Positions 43,786-52,611 of a stretch of 60,301 nt of DNA are shown piece by piece; within the stretch, counting starts at the first letter, position 1, and each line of letters begins with the position of its first letter. A program made the translations under genes and the position numbers. The DNA comes from a virus. Where the stretch lies: the IMG/VR virus record IMGVR_UViG_3300045988_176983, positions 1-60,301 of that record; one strand, written 5' to 3'. The notes under the pieces are model-generated. The model was not told the DNA's origin, ran no database searches, and saw only the letters and a program-made list of their open reading frames with translations.

Positions 43786-44058
43786 ATGCAAGACTCAATT
43801 AAACAGGACGAGAACGTAGTAAGAACCTACGCTCAAAGGGAACAGATATTCGCAAAAGAATATTTGGACGTAAACGATTTTATGCGCCTTTTCGGTATCG
43901 GCTTGCCGTCGGCTTACAAACTTATGAGAGACGTTAAGCGTAGCACGGACAGGCTGAAAATATCGGGCAGAGTACATATACAAGATTACTTCGAGTATTT
44001 TGACATACCCGACACGAGCCGTTACGTTCAACCGAAAGAGGTGAAGTCTGATGATTAA
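43786..44058 (+). CDS. Small DNA-binding protein (excisionase/MerR-like HTH candidate)
   Basis: Contains YLDVNDFMRLFGIGLPSAYKLMRDVKRS. Confidence 0.4.
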   Translation: MQDSIKQDENVVRTYAQREQIFAKEYLDVNDFMRLFGIGLPSAYKLMRDVKRSTDRLKISGRVHIQDYFEYFDIPDTSRYVQPKEVKSDD

Positions 44059-44308
44059 GAAAAAGAATTATTGGAACGAAGGCGTAAAAAATACTCTTAA
44101 CTACAATCCGAGAAATCATAAAGGGCTTATGACGAAAGATTTGCGCGGAAAAATCCGAAATCAATGCGAACTCGAAATGTGCCTTGTCTGCAATAAGAAG
44201 TGCAACGGCAATATGTGCGCAGAACTCAAAGAGCGTTGCAGGCAGGCGATAGCCCTTGAAAGCAATAAAAGAGTAAAAATGCAGGCGGTGAAAGCAAATG
44301 CGTTATAA
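44051..44308 (+). CDS. Hypothetical Cys-containing protein (85 aa)
   Basis: Coupled ORF. Confidence 0.45.
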   Translation: MIKKKNYWNEGVKNTLNYNPRNHKGLMTKDLRGKIRNQCELEMCLVCNKKCNGNMCAELKERCRQAIALESNKRVKMQAVKANAL

Positions 44309-44705
44309 GGTAGGAAATCAGGTTCGGGTATTACCCATAGTAGATATGCCCGAATTTAGCGAAGCAAAAATAGGAAGACTTGCTTTTATCGACGATATGC
44401 GGAAGTACTGCAATCGGATAGTAAGCATAACGAAAGTGAGAGAAGATGACGGCGTTTATCAGATAGCCGAAGACGGCGGAACGTTTATGTGGACTGACGA
44501 TATGTTTGACTGCAAACTCAAACCCACCGCAAAACGCATAAAATCGCCGCAGGAACGGTTTTTAGAAACTTCTTACGCCGAGTGTAAGGCAGATATGGAA
44601 AAATGGCGAGAAAGGGCAATTAACGCCGAAAGATTACTATCCGCGCTTGCCGCTTACGCTCCAAAAGCCGAAGAAAGGCTTAAAACTAAAAAATTAACGA
44701 GGTAA
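44298..44705 (+). CDS. Hypothetical protein (135 aa)
   Basis: Coupled ORF. Confidence 0.5.
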   Translation: MRYKVGNQVRVLPIVDMPEFSEAKIGRLAFIDDMRKYCNRIVSITKVREDDGVYQIAEDGGTFMWTDDMFDCKLKPTAKRIKSPQERFLETSYAECKADMEKWRERAINAERLLSALAAYAPKAEERLKTKKLTR

Positions 44706-44710
44706 TCAAT

Positions 44711-45142
44711 ATGCAAAAAGTTTATGCAATGGGTAATTTAACGCGCGACCCCGAAACGAGCGAAACGTCAAACGGAACAGCCTACTGTCGTTTTACGATA
44801 GCGGTAAGCAGACCCGTCGATAAGAACGGCAACAAGGGCGCAGACTTCTTTAATTGTCTTGCGTGGAGAAACACAGCGACCGCTTGCGGTAGATACCTTA
44901 AAAAGGGTAGCAAACTCGCGGTATGGGGAAAGTTCCAAAGCAACAACTACGAAGACAAAGACGGTAACAAACGTCAAAGGTGGGATTTAGTCGTAGACGA
45001 AGTAGAGTTCTTATCTTACGGCGACCAGAACGGAAACAATAATTCCGAATATCCGCAAGAGCCTGCTTATACGACAAAGGCTAAAAACGGTACGCAGGTT
45101 ACTATGTACCCGGCAGAAGAAGACGACAATTTACCGTTTTAA
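44711..45142 (+). CDS. ssb: Single-stranded DNA-binding protein
   Basis: The OB-fold pattern is GNLTRDPE...CRFTIAV...FFNCLAWRNTA, and the acidic tip EEDDNLPF is present. Confidence 0.9.
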   Translation: MQKVYAMGNLTRDPETSETSNGTAYCRFTIAVSRPVDKNGNKGADFFNCLAWRNTATACGRYLKKGSKLAVWGKFQSNNYEDKDGNKRQRWDLVVDEVEFLSYGDQNGNNNSEYPQEPAYTTKAKNGTQVTMYPAEEDDNLPF

Positions 45143-45152
45143 CGGGGGAAAT

Positions 45153-45272
45153 ATGAAAGAGTGGACAGCAGAACAACGCGACATTATCAATCAAATCGAC
45201 AATGACGAATTTACTGAATCTGAACTTGATTTCTTGATTTTCTTTATGAGAGATTTGATTTTAAGTCGTTGA
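45153..45272 (+). CDS. Micro-protein (39 aa), paralog of 41358..41480; not in the ORF track
   Basis: RBS gggggaa is present. It translates as MKEWTAEQRDIINQIDNDEFTESELDFLIFFMRDLILSR. Confidence 0.6.
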   Translation: MKEWTAEQRDIINQIDNDEFTESELDFLIFFMRDLILSR

Positions 45273-45285
45273 AAGGATAATAGCA

Positions 45286-45489
45286 ATGAGAATTTGTGTT
45301 ATTTGCGGAAAAAAAATAATTGACAAGGACATAAAAATTTTGGGTTATTCACAAGGTATGGCTGGCGTTGATTTGGGTGATGTTTGCAATGAATGTATTA
45401 GACATATTCAACAATGCAAATATTTTATTCCTGTCAAGGAAGAAACACCTATTGGCAAAGAAAATATAGAGGTTGAAGATAATGGCTGA
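45286..45489 (+). CDS. Small zinc-ribbon protein (67 aa)
   Basis: Contains CVICGK...CNEC. Confidence 0.5.
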   Translation: MRICVICGKKIIDKDIKILGYSQGMAGVDLGDVCNECIRHIQQCKYFIPVKEETPIGKENIEVEDNG

Positions 45490-46225
45490 ACGAAGAATGT
45501 TTACACAAAAGATAACCGAAAGTGATGCCTTTCTTGAATTGCCGTTATCTTCTCAATGTCTTTATTTTCACTTATGTATGAACGCCGACGATGACGGGTT
45601 TGTAAATAATCCTAAAAGGCTTATAAAAATGCTCGGCAATACAGAAGACGATATGAGACTGTTGCTTGCAAAACGGTTTTTAATCGCTTTTGAAAGCGGC
45701 GTTATCGTAGTTAAACATTGGCGGATGCATAATCTTTTAAGAAAAGACCGCTATAAAGAAACCGAATATAAAGACGAAAAAAAGAGACTTTTTCTTAAAG
45801 ATAACAATACCTACACGTTAGATTCGGAACAGGGTAAAAGCCTTATTGAAAGCGACGAAAAATCACTCAAAAATGAGGTGGCAACCGTCTGGCAACCAAA
45901 TGGCAACCGTCTGGCACCACAGGATAGTATAGTTAAGTATAAAGAAGAAAGAAAGGAAGAAAGTAAAGATAATATATATATCAATCATGCGCGTGAAGAG
46001 GAAACCTACGAGAGCATTATGAACGATTTCGAGGTTGAGCAAAGCGTAAGACCTATGATATGGAACTTTATCAAGCACTGCCAACTTAACGGACGAACTC
46101 TTACTAACGACAAACTTTCTAACATTCTCTTTGAAATGGATAAGCAAAGGCTTGATGCGGACGAAAAAATAAAAGCACTTCAAACGGCAATAAACGGCGG
46201 GTATTTCGATATTAAACGAATTTGA
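45482..46225 (+). CDS. Replication initiator / replisome-organiser-like protein
   Basis: The N-terminal pattern RRMFTQKITESDAFLELPLSSQCLYFHLCMNADDDGFV is typical of phage replisome organisers, as recalled from memory. Iterons plus an AT-rich tract lie inside the gene. The ATG at 45482 is preferred to the TTG at 45473. Confidence 0.55.
   Translation: MAERRMFTQKITESDAFLELPLSSQCLYFHLCMNADDDGFVNNPKRLIKMLGNTEDDMRLLLAKRFLIAFESGVIVVKHWRMHNLLRKDRYKETEYKDEKKRLFLKDNNTYTLDSEQGKSLIESDEKSLKNEVATVWQPNGNRLAPQDSIVKYKEERKEESKDNIYINHAREEETYESIMNDFEVEQSVRPMIWNFIKHCQLNGRTLTNDKLSNILFEMDKQRLDADEKIKALQTAINGGYFDIKRI
45879..45919 (+). repeat. Four 11-bp-phased TGGCA(A/C)C repeats inside the organiser gene, followed by an AT-rich tract (origin candidate)
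   Basis: tggcaacc occurs at 45879, 45890 and 45901, and tggcacca at 45912. The A/T- and purine-rich stretch follows at 45922..45985. Confidence 0.65.
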
Positions 46226-46244
46226 TTGAAAGGGGAGTACGAAA

Positions 46245-46679
46245 ATGCTGACGGCAAAACAAATGCTGAATAAAGAATACGACGAAGCAACGCGCCAACG
46301 GCTTATAAAAGCGGCGAAATTACTTCAAACGGGAACTCCGCATAAAGGAGTGCAGAAAGAAGAAATCGCCGAAACGGTAGGGCTGTCGGGCGAGCGAGAA
46401 GCAAGGGCTTACGTTTCCGCGCTTAAAAAGAGATTTCCGATAATCTCGCACAACGGATATAAAGGGTTTCGGATAGCGAAAACTTCGGATGACGTTCCCG
46501 ACAACGAACGAACTTTTTTCGAAGTGCTTTCGAGAGTTGAGGAGATGCTTTACGGAATACTTCCTAATCTTGATTTCGAGAAGAAAAACGGCATATCTTA
46601 CGCGCCGTTAGAAAAGGCTATAACCGCTTTCTTGCAAGCGTTAGACGAGCCGAAGAACGCGCAATTATTTATCGGGTAA
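46245..46679 (+). CDS. Hypothetical protein (144 aa)
   Basis: RBS aaagggga is present. Confidence 0.5.
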   Translation: MLTAKQMLNKEYDEATRQRLIKAAKLLQTGTPHKGVQKEEIAETVGLSGEREARAYVSALKKRFPIISHNGYKGFRIAKTSDDVPDNERTFFEVLSRVEEMLYGILPNLDFEKKNGISYAPLEKAITAFLQALDEPKNAQLFIG

Positions 46680-46686
46680 AAGTTTT

Positions 46687-47328
46687 ATGGGATATATCGA
46701 ATGGAAAAACAGAGAAGAATGGCTTAAAGCGAGAAGGAAAACGCTTGGCGCGAGCGAAGTTGCAAGCGCAATCGGAATGGGGTTTAATTCGCCGATAGTT
46801 GTGTGGGAAGAAAAGGTAGGTAGGCGAGAACCGAAAGACCTTTCGACCAACGAGAGAGTGCAGTACGGCGTACAAGCCGAAGAGCATATTAGAGCGTTGT
46901 TTGAACTCCAATGCAAAGGCAAATATTCGGTTGAGTATCACGCTTTCAGAGTTTACCACCACGCAAAGTATTCGTTCCTGACGGCAACGCTTGACGGCGA
47001 ACTGATAAGGTTCGACGATAAGGCTCACGGTATATGGGAATGTAAAACGGCGTGGATAATGAGTAAATCCGATTTGGAACGGTGGGATAATAACTCAATC
47101 CCGCAACACTACTTTATTCAAATATGCGACCAACTTGCGGTAACGAAATTTGATTTCGTTGTTCTGACGGCACAGTTGATATTCCCGGACGGGAAATCCG
47201 AAATTCGTCATTACACGATTGAGCGTAATGAAGTCGAAAGCGAAATCGAATACATAACGCAAAAAGCGGTTGAGTTTTGGAAGTTTGTCAAAACGAACAA
47301 GCGACCGCCGCAGACGTTGACACTTTGA
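46687..47328 (+). CDS. YqaJ-type (lambda Exo-like) recombination exonuclease
   Basis: Contains LGASEVASAIG...VVWEEKVG...LDGEL...GIWECKTA. Confidence 0.75.
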   Translation: MGYIEWKNREEWLKARRKTLGASEVASAIGMGFNSPIVVWEEKVGRREPKDLSTNERVQYGVQAEEHIRALFELQCKGKYSVEYHAFRVYHHAKYSFLTATLDGELIRFDDKAHGIWECKTAWIMSKSDLERWDNNSIPQHYFIQICDQLAVTKFDFVVLTAQLIFPDGKSEIRHYTIERNEVESEIEYITQKAVEFWKFVKTNKRPPQTLTL

Positions 47329-47338
47329 GGGAAGAACA

Positions 47339-49423
47339 ATGCAGATAAGTATGTTTGACGGCGATAAGCCTTTCAAGGTTGATAAACCGTTGAGATTGAT
47401 AACTCTTTTTTCGGGGTACGACAGTCAGGCGTTGGCTCTTAAATATCTCGGCGTGCCTTTCGAGCATTACAAAACGTGCGAATGGGCGATTCCGTCGATA
47501 CAGGCGTTAAAAGACCTGCACTTCGAGAACGACGACACCGATTATTCGGTCGGAATGAATAAAGCCGAACTCGTAGAAACTTTATATACGGCGGGCGTGA
47601 GTGCCGATTACAACGTGCCGCTCACGAAAGAACAATTGCAAAGATACGGCGAAAACAAATTGCGGACGATTTACAATAATATCCGCGCTTGCCACAATCT
47701 CGTTTCGATATGCAATGCAAAAGGCGAAGACTTGGGAATTAAAGAAACGAACAAATATTGTTACTTACTTACGTATAGTTTTCCGTGTTTAACAGCCGAT
47801 AGTTTAATTTTAACAAAAGACGGGTACAAACCGATTGTTGACATAAAAGTGGGCGATTATGTTTTAACAAAGTCGAACACTTGGCAGAAAGTTGCGAAGA
47901 AATTTTCAAATGGTATACATAAAACCTTTTACGTTCAAGGAATGAATTTTGAAAATATTCACTGCACTGCCAACCATAAATTTTATGTCAGGTCAAAATT
48001 TTATAAAGGACACAAAAAAATTCGTTCATTTACCGAACCCGCTTTCAAGGAAGTGAAAGATATAACGCGTAACGATTATTTCGGCGTTCCTGTTATTCAA
48101 ATCGAAAAGTTTTTTTATACAAACGATTTAGATTTTTGGTATATGATAGGCTATTACTTGGGCGACGGGTGGTTGAGTAAAAACGGAACAGATATATGCT
48201 TGGCTTGTAACGATAAAAAATTTGAAAAATTACAATCGCGACTTCTGAAAGAAAAATGGAATTGGACTTGCTATTTTTCTTCAACGTGTGGACGATTTAG
48301 GTTTTCAAATAAAAACATATACAAGTTCATTAAGAAGTATATCGGAACGGGTTGTAATAAAAAGAATATTAGTGCCGATATTTTGAATTTGCCTAAACAG
48401 CAACTTCAAGCATTGTTTGAAGGGTATTTAGACAGCGACGGTTGTGTAATCAATGGTAAAATGCAATTTTCTACGGTTAATAGGCAAATGGCGTATGGGT
48501 TTTCAGCGATAATAAATAAACTTTACCATAGGGCGGTAAGTTTTAATAGAACCAAAGTAAAACCACAAAAAGTAATACAGGGTAGAATTGTCAACCAAAG
48601 AGAGTGGTATTTATTGAGGTTTAACCCTAAAAACTCGAAACAGGACAAGGCTTTTTATGAAAATGGGTATATATGGTATCCGTTTAATAAAATCGAACAA
48701 GGCGACGACGAGTTTGTTTTCAATATGGAAATAGAAAACGACCATAGTTATATCGTTCAATCTTGTATCTCGAAAAATTGTCAGGACTTATCCGCCGCCG
48801 GGTTAGGCAAAGGTATGGAACGCGGGAGCGGCACTCGAAGCGGTATGCTTTGGGAAGTCGAAAGGCTTTTGAAAGAAACGAAAGAACTTCCGCAAGTGCT
48901 TTTAATGGAAAACGTAAAACAGGTAATCGGGCAAAAGAACATTAAAGCGTTCGCCGAGTGGGTAGCGTTTTTAGACGAACTTGGTTATCACTCGAAATGG
49001 CAGGTAATAAATGCGACGGACTTTTCAATTCCGCAAAACCGCGAGCGTTGCTTTATGGTAAGCGTACTCGGCAATCACTATTACGAATTTCCGAAAACAA
49101 TCGGCAACAAGTTAAAACTAAAAGACTTACTCGAAAAGTCCGTCGCCGAGCAGTACTACATAAGCGAAAAAATTGTTGAGACCTATTACAAGAGAAACAT
49201 TCTCAACGAGGAAAAGGGAAACGGTTTCAGGTTTGAGCCTACCGAGGGGGAAAACGTTGCCAACTCGGTGCTTACAAGAAACGGCAGTCGCCCTTGCGAT
49301 AATTACATTATTCAACGTTCTCACGGGTTCAATAAAGGCGGTAAGAAAAACGACTGCCCGGCAATAACGACGAGTGCATTTGAGCAAAATAATATGATTG
49401 TAGAGGTAAACCGTGAAGAATGA
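47339..49423 (+). CDS. DNA (cytosine-5) methyltransferase, N-terminal/catalytic module (motifs I-VIII), interrupted by an intein
   Basis: Motif I is LFSGYDSQ. Motif IV is split as TYSFP | intein | CQDLSAAG. Motif VI is LLMENV and motif VIII is QNRERCFMVS. Confidence 0.85.
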   Translation: MQISMFDGDKPFKVDKPLRLITLFSGYDSQALALKYLGVPFEHYKTCEWAIPSIQALKDLHFENDDTDYSVGMNKAELVETLYTAGVSADYNVPLTKEQLQRYGENKLRTIYNNIRACHNLVSICNAKGEDLGIKETNKYCYLLTYSFPCLTADSLILTKDGYKPIVDIKVGDYVLTKSNTWQKVAKKFSNGIHKTFYVQGMNFENIHCTANHKFYVRSKFYKGHKKIRSFTEPAFKEVKDITRNDYFGVPVIQIEKFFYTNDLDFWYMIGYYLGDGWLSKNGTDICLACNDKKFEKLQSRLLKEKWNWTCYFSSTCGRFRFSNKNIYKFIKKYIGTGCNKKNISADILNLPKQQLQALFEGYLDSDGCVINGKMQFSTVNRQMAYGFSAIINKLYHRAVSFNRTKVKPQKVIQGRIVNQREWYLLRFNPKNSKQDKAFYENGYIWYPFNKIEQGDDEFVFNMEIENDHSYIVQSCISKNCQDLSAAGLGKGMERGSGTRSGMLWEVERLLKETKELPQVLLMENVKQVIGQKNIKAFAEWVAFLDELGYHSKWQVINATDFSIPQNRERCFMVSVLGNHYYEFPKTIGNKLKLKDLLEKSVAEQYYISEKIVETYYKRNILNEEKGNGFRFEPTEGENVANSVLTRNGSRPCDNYIIQRSHGFNKGGKKNDCPAITTSAFEQNNMIVEVNREE
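47786..48778 (+). mobile_element. Intein (331 aa) with a LAGLIDADG homing-endonuclease domain
   Basis: Block A is CLTADSLILTKDG and block B is TANH. The LAGLIDADG motifs are WYMIGYYLGDGW and LFEGYLDSDGC. The C-terminal block is VFNMEIENDHSYIVQSCISKN. The +1 residue is the Cys of the methyltransferase PC motif. Confidence 0.85.
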
Positions 49424-50128
49424 AACAAAAGGCTGTATTGTCATCGGACGGCTTGGCGGTAAATTCGAGCATACTCTTGACCTTACAAGACGAGTTTATG
49501 ACGTTAATGCGGTTGCGCCGACTATAACGACGTGCGGGGGGGTAATACAGAACCTAAAATTATGGAAGAAAAAGATTATCGTTTTTACAATCAGGCGTGG
49601 GAGACTATAAAAAATCACGACTGTAAAGCGGGCGACATAGTAGACGCTTTTAACAAAAAAGTCAACGATAGTGGCATATCCCCGACGATTACTACGCGCC
49701 CGGAAGGTTTCAAAACCGCAATATTGTTAGTTGACGAACCGCAACAAGACAAAGAGATTATCGTCTTTGACGATTATAACGGTTGCGTAAAAGCCGACCA
49801 AAGTTCCGTCGGAACTTTGACACGGAATTGCGGGAACGACGCAATACGAAACGGAATAAAAATCGTAGAAAAAGAAGCGGATAGACAACAAGATATTGCC
49901 CCATATCGAATACGAAAACTTACGGAGCGAGAATGTGGCAGGCTTATGGGCGTTAAAGACGACGACATAGCCAAAATCGGCAAGAATTTAAGTCGGTCGG
50001 CACAATATCATATGTTTGGCGACAGCATAGTAACGAGTTGCCTTATGGCGATATTTGGCAAAATGTTTAACGTAGACTATGAAAGCAAAATTAAAGAATT
50101 AACAAAAAATTTAACAGGAGAGGGTTAA
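49413..50128 (+). CDS. C5-methyltransferase C-terminal module (target-recognition repeats plus motifs IX-X), with a reading-frame change at a G7 tract
   Basis: The frame-0 piece (GTG 49413, RBS agagg) reads ...RVYDVNAVAPTITTCGG. After G7 (49536..49542) the sequence continues in the -1 frame as GNTEPK...ISPTITTRPEG...RKLTERECGRLMGV...FGDSIVTS, ending at 50128. Confidence 0.6.
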
Positions 50129-50130
50129 AA

Positions 50131-51051
50131 ATGGAAGAATACAGCATTGACAAAGCGTTAGAAACGCTTGAAGAGACTAACACGCCGCAGACGATAGAAT
50201 TTAAGGTACAAAACGATTTCGTTGAAAAATTGCCTGCGATTTTATCCAACTGCGAGCAAGTAAAACAATGGGCTATCGCACAAACCGAAGCGGACAGAAA
50301 TCTCATACTTAAAACAGACGAAGACTTCGACAGCGGAAGAAAGCGTTGCGCCGAAATCAACAAGGTCGTCGCAAGTATCGAAAGCCGCAGAAAGGAAGTA
50401 AAAAAAGAGTATAACAAGCCCTATGAGTTGTTTGAAAAGAAACTCAAAGAAGTAACTGCGGTTCTTACCGAAGCGAAAGATAATCTTTGGTCGCAGATAA
50501 CCGCCGCCGAAGAAAAGGTTAAAGCCGAAAAGGAAAACGATTTCAAAAGATACTTCGAAAATCACGACGATTACGCAAAAATCAAAGATTATCGCGGTTG
50601 GGAGCAGATTTTCGACAAAACTTGGCTTAATAAAGGCAAGAAGTACGACACGGTATTCAAGGAAATCGACGGCAAAATTAAAACGGCATGCGACGAACTC
50701 GCGGCGATATCCGACCTGAACAGCGAATTTGAAACTGTGCTTTTGGTAAAGTACAAAAACGGCGCGAGCCTTACCGAAATATTGTCGGCGAACCGCGAAT
50801 TAAAAAAGCAGAAAGAAGAACTCGAACGTAAAAAAGCGGAACAACAGCAAGCGGCGGTTAAACAAAGTGTTGAAATGCCGACTGTTGAACAGCCACAAGC
50901 GCAGACCATGCAAGCCGAAGTTACGGAAACGGACGAAGAACTTATCTCGATCGATTTCCGCGTCGTATGCACGAAAACGAAATTAAAGGCTCTCGGCGAC
51001 TATATGAAAATAAACGGAATTAAATACGGCAGAGTGCCGAAAGGAGAATAA
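50131..51051 (+). CDS. Hypothetical recombination-module protein (DUF1351-like by position and composition)
   Basis: 306 aa, immediately upstream of recT, as is common in Firmicute phages. Confidence 0.4.
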   Translation: MEEYSIDKALETLEETNTPQTIEFKVQNDFVEKLPAILSNCEQVKQWAIAQTEADRNLILKTDEDFDSGRKRCAEINKVVASIESRRKEVKKEYNKPYELFEKKLKEVTAVLTEAKDNLWSQITAAEEKVKAEKENDFKRYFENHDDYAKIKDYRGWEQIFDKTWLNKGKKYDTVFKEIDGKIKTACDELAAISDLNSEFETVLLVKYKNGASLTEILSANRELKKQKEELERKKAEQQQAAVKQSVEMPTVEQPQAQTMQAEVTETDEELISIDFRVVCTKTKLKALGDYMKINGIKYGRVPKGE

Positions 51052-51056
51052 ACATT

Positions 51057-52067
51057 ATGGCAGTAAATAATACTCTCGCGCCGGTCAACGGCGAAGAAAA
51101 AGTAAAATTCGGTGTGGCGATACAAAGCCCGAAATATCAGGCACTTATAAACAGTACGCTACGCGATCCGAAAAGGGCTAACCGTTTTGTCGCGTCGGTT
51201 ATGTCGGCGGTAACGGCTAATCCGCTTTTACAGAACTGCACACCGGCTTCGGTTATCACTGCGGCGTTGCAAGGCGAAGCACTTGAATTAAGTCCGTCGC
51301 CCACGCTCGGCGAATATTATCTCGTTCCGTACAAGAAAAGCGTAAAAGACCCCAATACGGGTGATTGGATAAAAATCGCCCAATGTCAATTTCAGATAGG
51401 AACTGCCGGGCGCATACAACTCGCCATGAGAACAGGGCAGTACAAAGACCTTGACGCGGTTGACGTAAGACAGGGCGAATATCGCGGAAGAAACCCCGAA
51501 ACGGGAAAGCCCGTTATCAAGTTTTACGAAGACGAGAATATGCGCGAGAATTTGCCCGTTGTAGGGTATCTCGGATATTTCCTTTTAACGAACGGCTTTT
51601 ATCATTCGGTGTATTTCACCGTCGAGCAGTGCTTAAAGTGGGCTGAAAGATACAGCAAGTCATTCGACCGCAAACTTTACGAAAAAGTTAAGGACGGCGA
51701 AAAACTCGATTGGAAAGAAGAGCAGGCAGCAACTCAACCGTGGATAGCGCACACCGAAGAAATGTGCAAAAACCTCGTATTGCGCAGGGCGTTAAAGAAC
51801 GCGCCGAAATCAATCGAAATGCGTAATATAGTCGAGGGCGACGAAAAGACCGAAGCAGATATTTCTTCCGCGTTTAACGGAACTATGCCGCCCGCAATAG
51901 AACCGAAAGACAAAATTCAGACAGAGCAAAAGCAAGCAGAAGACGACTTCTTCGGCGATGAACCGCAGGAAGACGAGCAACAATCGCCCGTAGAAGAGAA
52001 GCCTAAGCGCGGGCGTAAGAAAGCCGAGCCGACGGCAGAAGCAGTAGAACAAACCGAAATAGGCTGA
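51057..52067 (+). CDS. recT: RecT-family single-strand annealing protein
   Basis: Contains ALINSTLRDPKRANRFVASVMSAVTANPLLQNCTPASVITAALQGEALELSPSPTLGEYYLVPY. Confidence 0.85.
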   Translation: MAVNNTLAPVNGEEKVKFGVAIQSPKYQALINSTLRDPKRANRFVASVMSAVTANPLLQNCTPASVITAALQGEALELSPSPTLGEYYLVPYKKSVKDPNTGDWIKIAQCQFQIGTAGRIQLAMRTGQYKDLDAVDVRQGEYRGRNPETGKPVIKFYEDENMRENLPVVGYLGYFLLTNGFYHSVYFTVEQCLKWAERYSKSFDRKLYEKVKDGEKLDWKEEQAATQPWIAHTEEMCKNLVLRRALKNAPKSIEMRNIVEGDEKTEADISSAFNGTMPPAIEPKDKIQTEQKQAEDDFFGDEPQEDEQQSPVEEKPKRGRKKAEPTAEAVEQTEIG

Positions 52068-52089
52068 ATAAAAGCAAAAAGGAAGAATA

Positions 52090-52608
52090 ATGTTAATTCA
52101 ACAATATTCTGAAAAACTAAAAAAATGGATGGTACTCGGCGTAGGTTACGTTTGTTGTAGAGAAGGTCAAACTCCTATACAAAAAACTATTACCCCTTTG
52201 AGAAACGGAACTACGTCGCGTATCCATTTTTCGGTAACGGTCGGCTCGGTACTTAACGAGAACAAACAGGCTGTGTACCACAATGTACCTTGCGCCATTT
52301 ACGCAAGCGAACGCACGAAAGAAATCTATAATTTTGCACTGTCGTTAAGGCGAAGAGATTTAGTGCAGTTTGCCGGATATATGTACGAAGGCGAAGTTAT
52401 CGATAATCAAGGCAATCCGAGAAGATTCAGAGAGGTACGGCTTAACTGGCTATTGCCTTTGAAGATATTTTTTAACGGAAACGTATCTATTCCGACAACG
52501 AATTTCAACGGAAAAGTTGAAAATGGAAATGAAAATATCAACACTGTTGATTTTTCTAATGCAGGCGAGAGCGACGATTTTTGGGAAGACGACGCAAAAG
52601 GAGAGTAA
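52090..52608 (+). CDS. Hypothetical protein, possibly a divergent OB-fold/SSB-like protein with an acidic tail
   Basis: 172 aa with a C-terminal ESDDFWEDDAKGE. The call rests on position after recT. Confidence 0.3.
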   Translation: MLIQQYSEKLKKWMVLGVGYVCCREGQTPIQKTITPLRNGTTSRIHFSVTVGSVLNENKQAVYHNVPCAIYASERTKEIYNFALSLRRRDLVQFAGYMYEGEVIDNQGNPRRFREVRLNWLLPLKIFFNGNVSIPTTNFNGKVENGNENINTVDFSNAGESDDFWEDDAKGE

Positions 52609-52611
52609 GTT

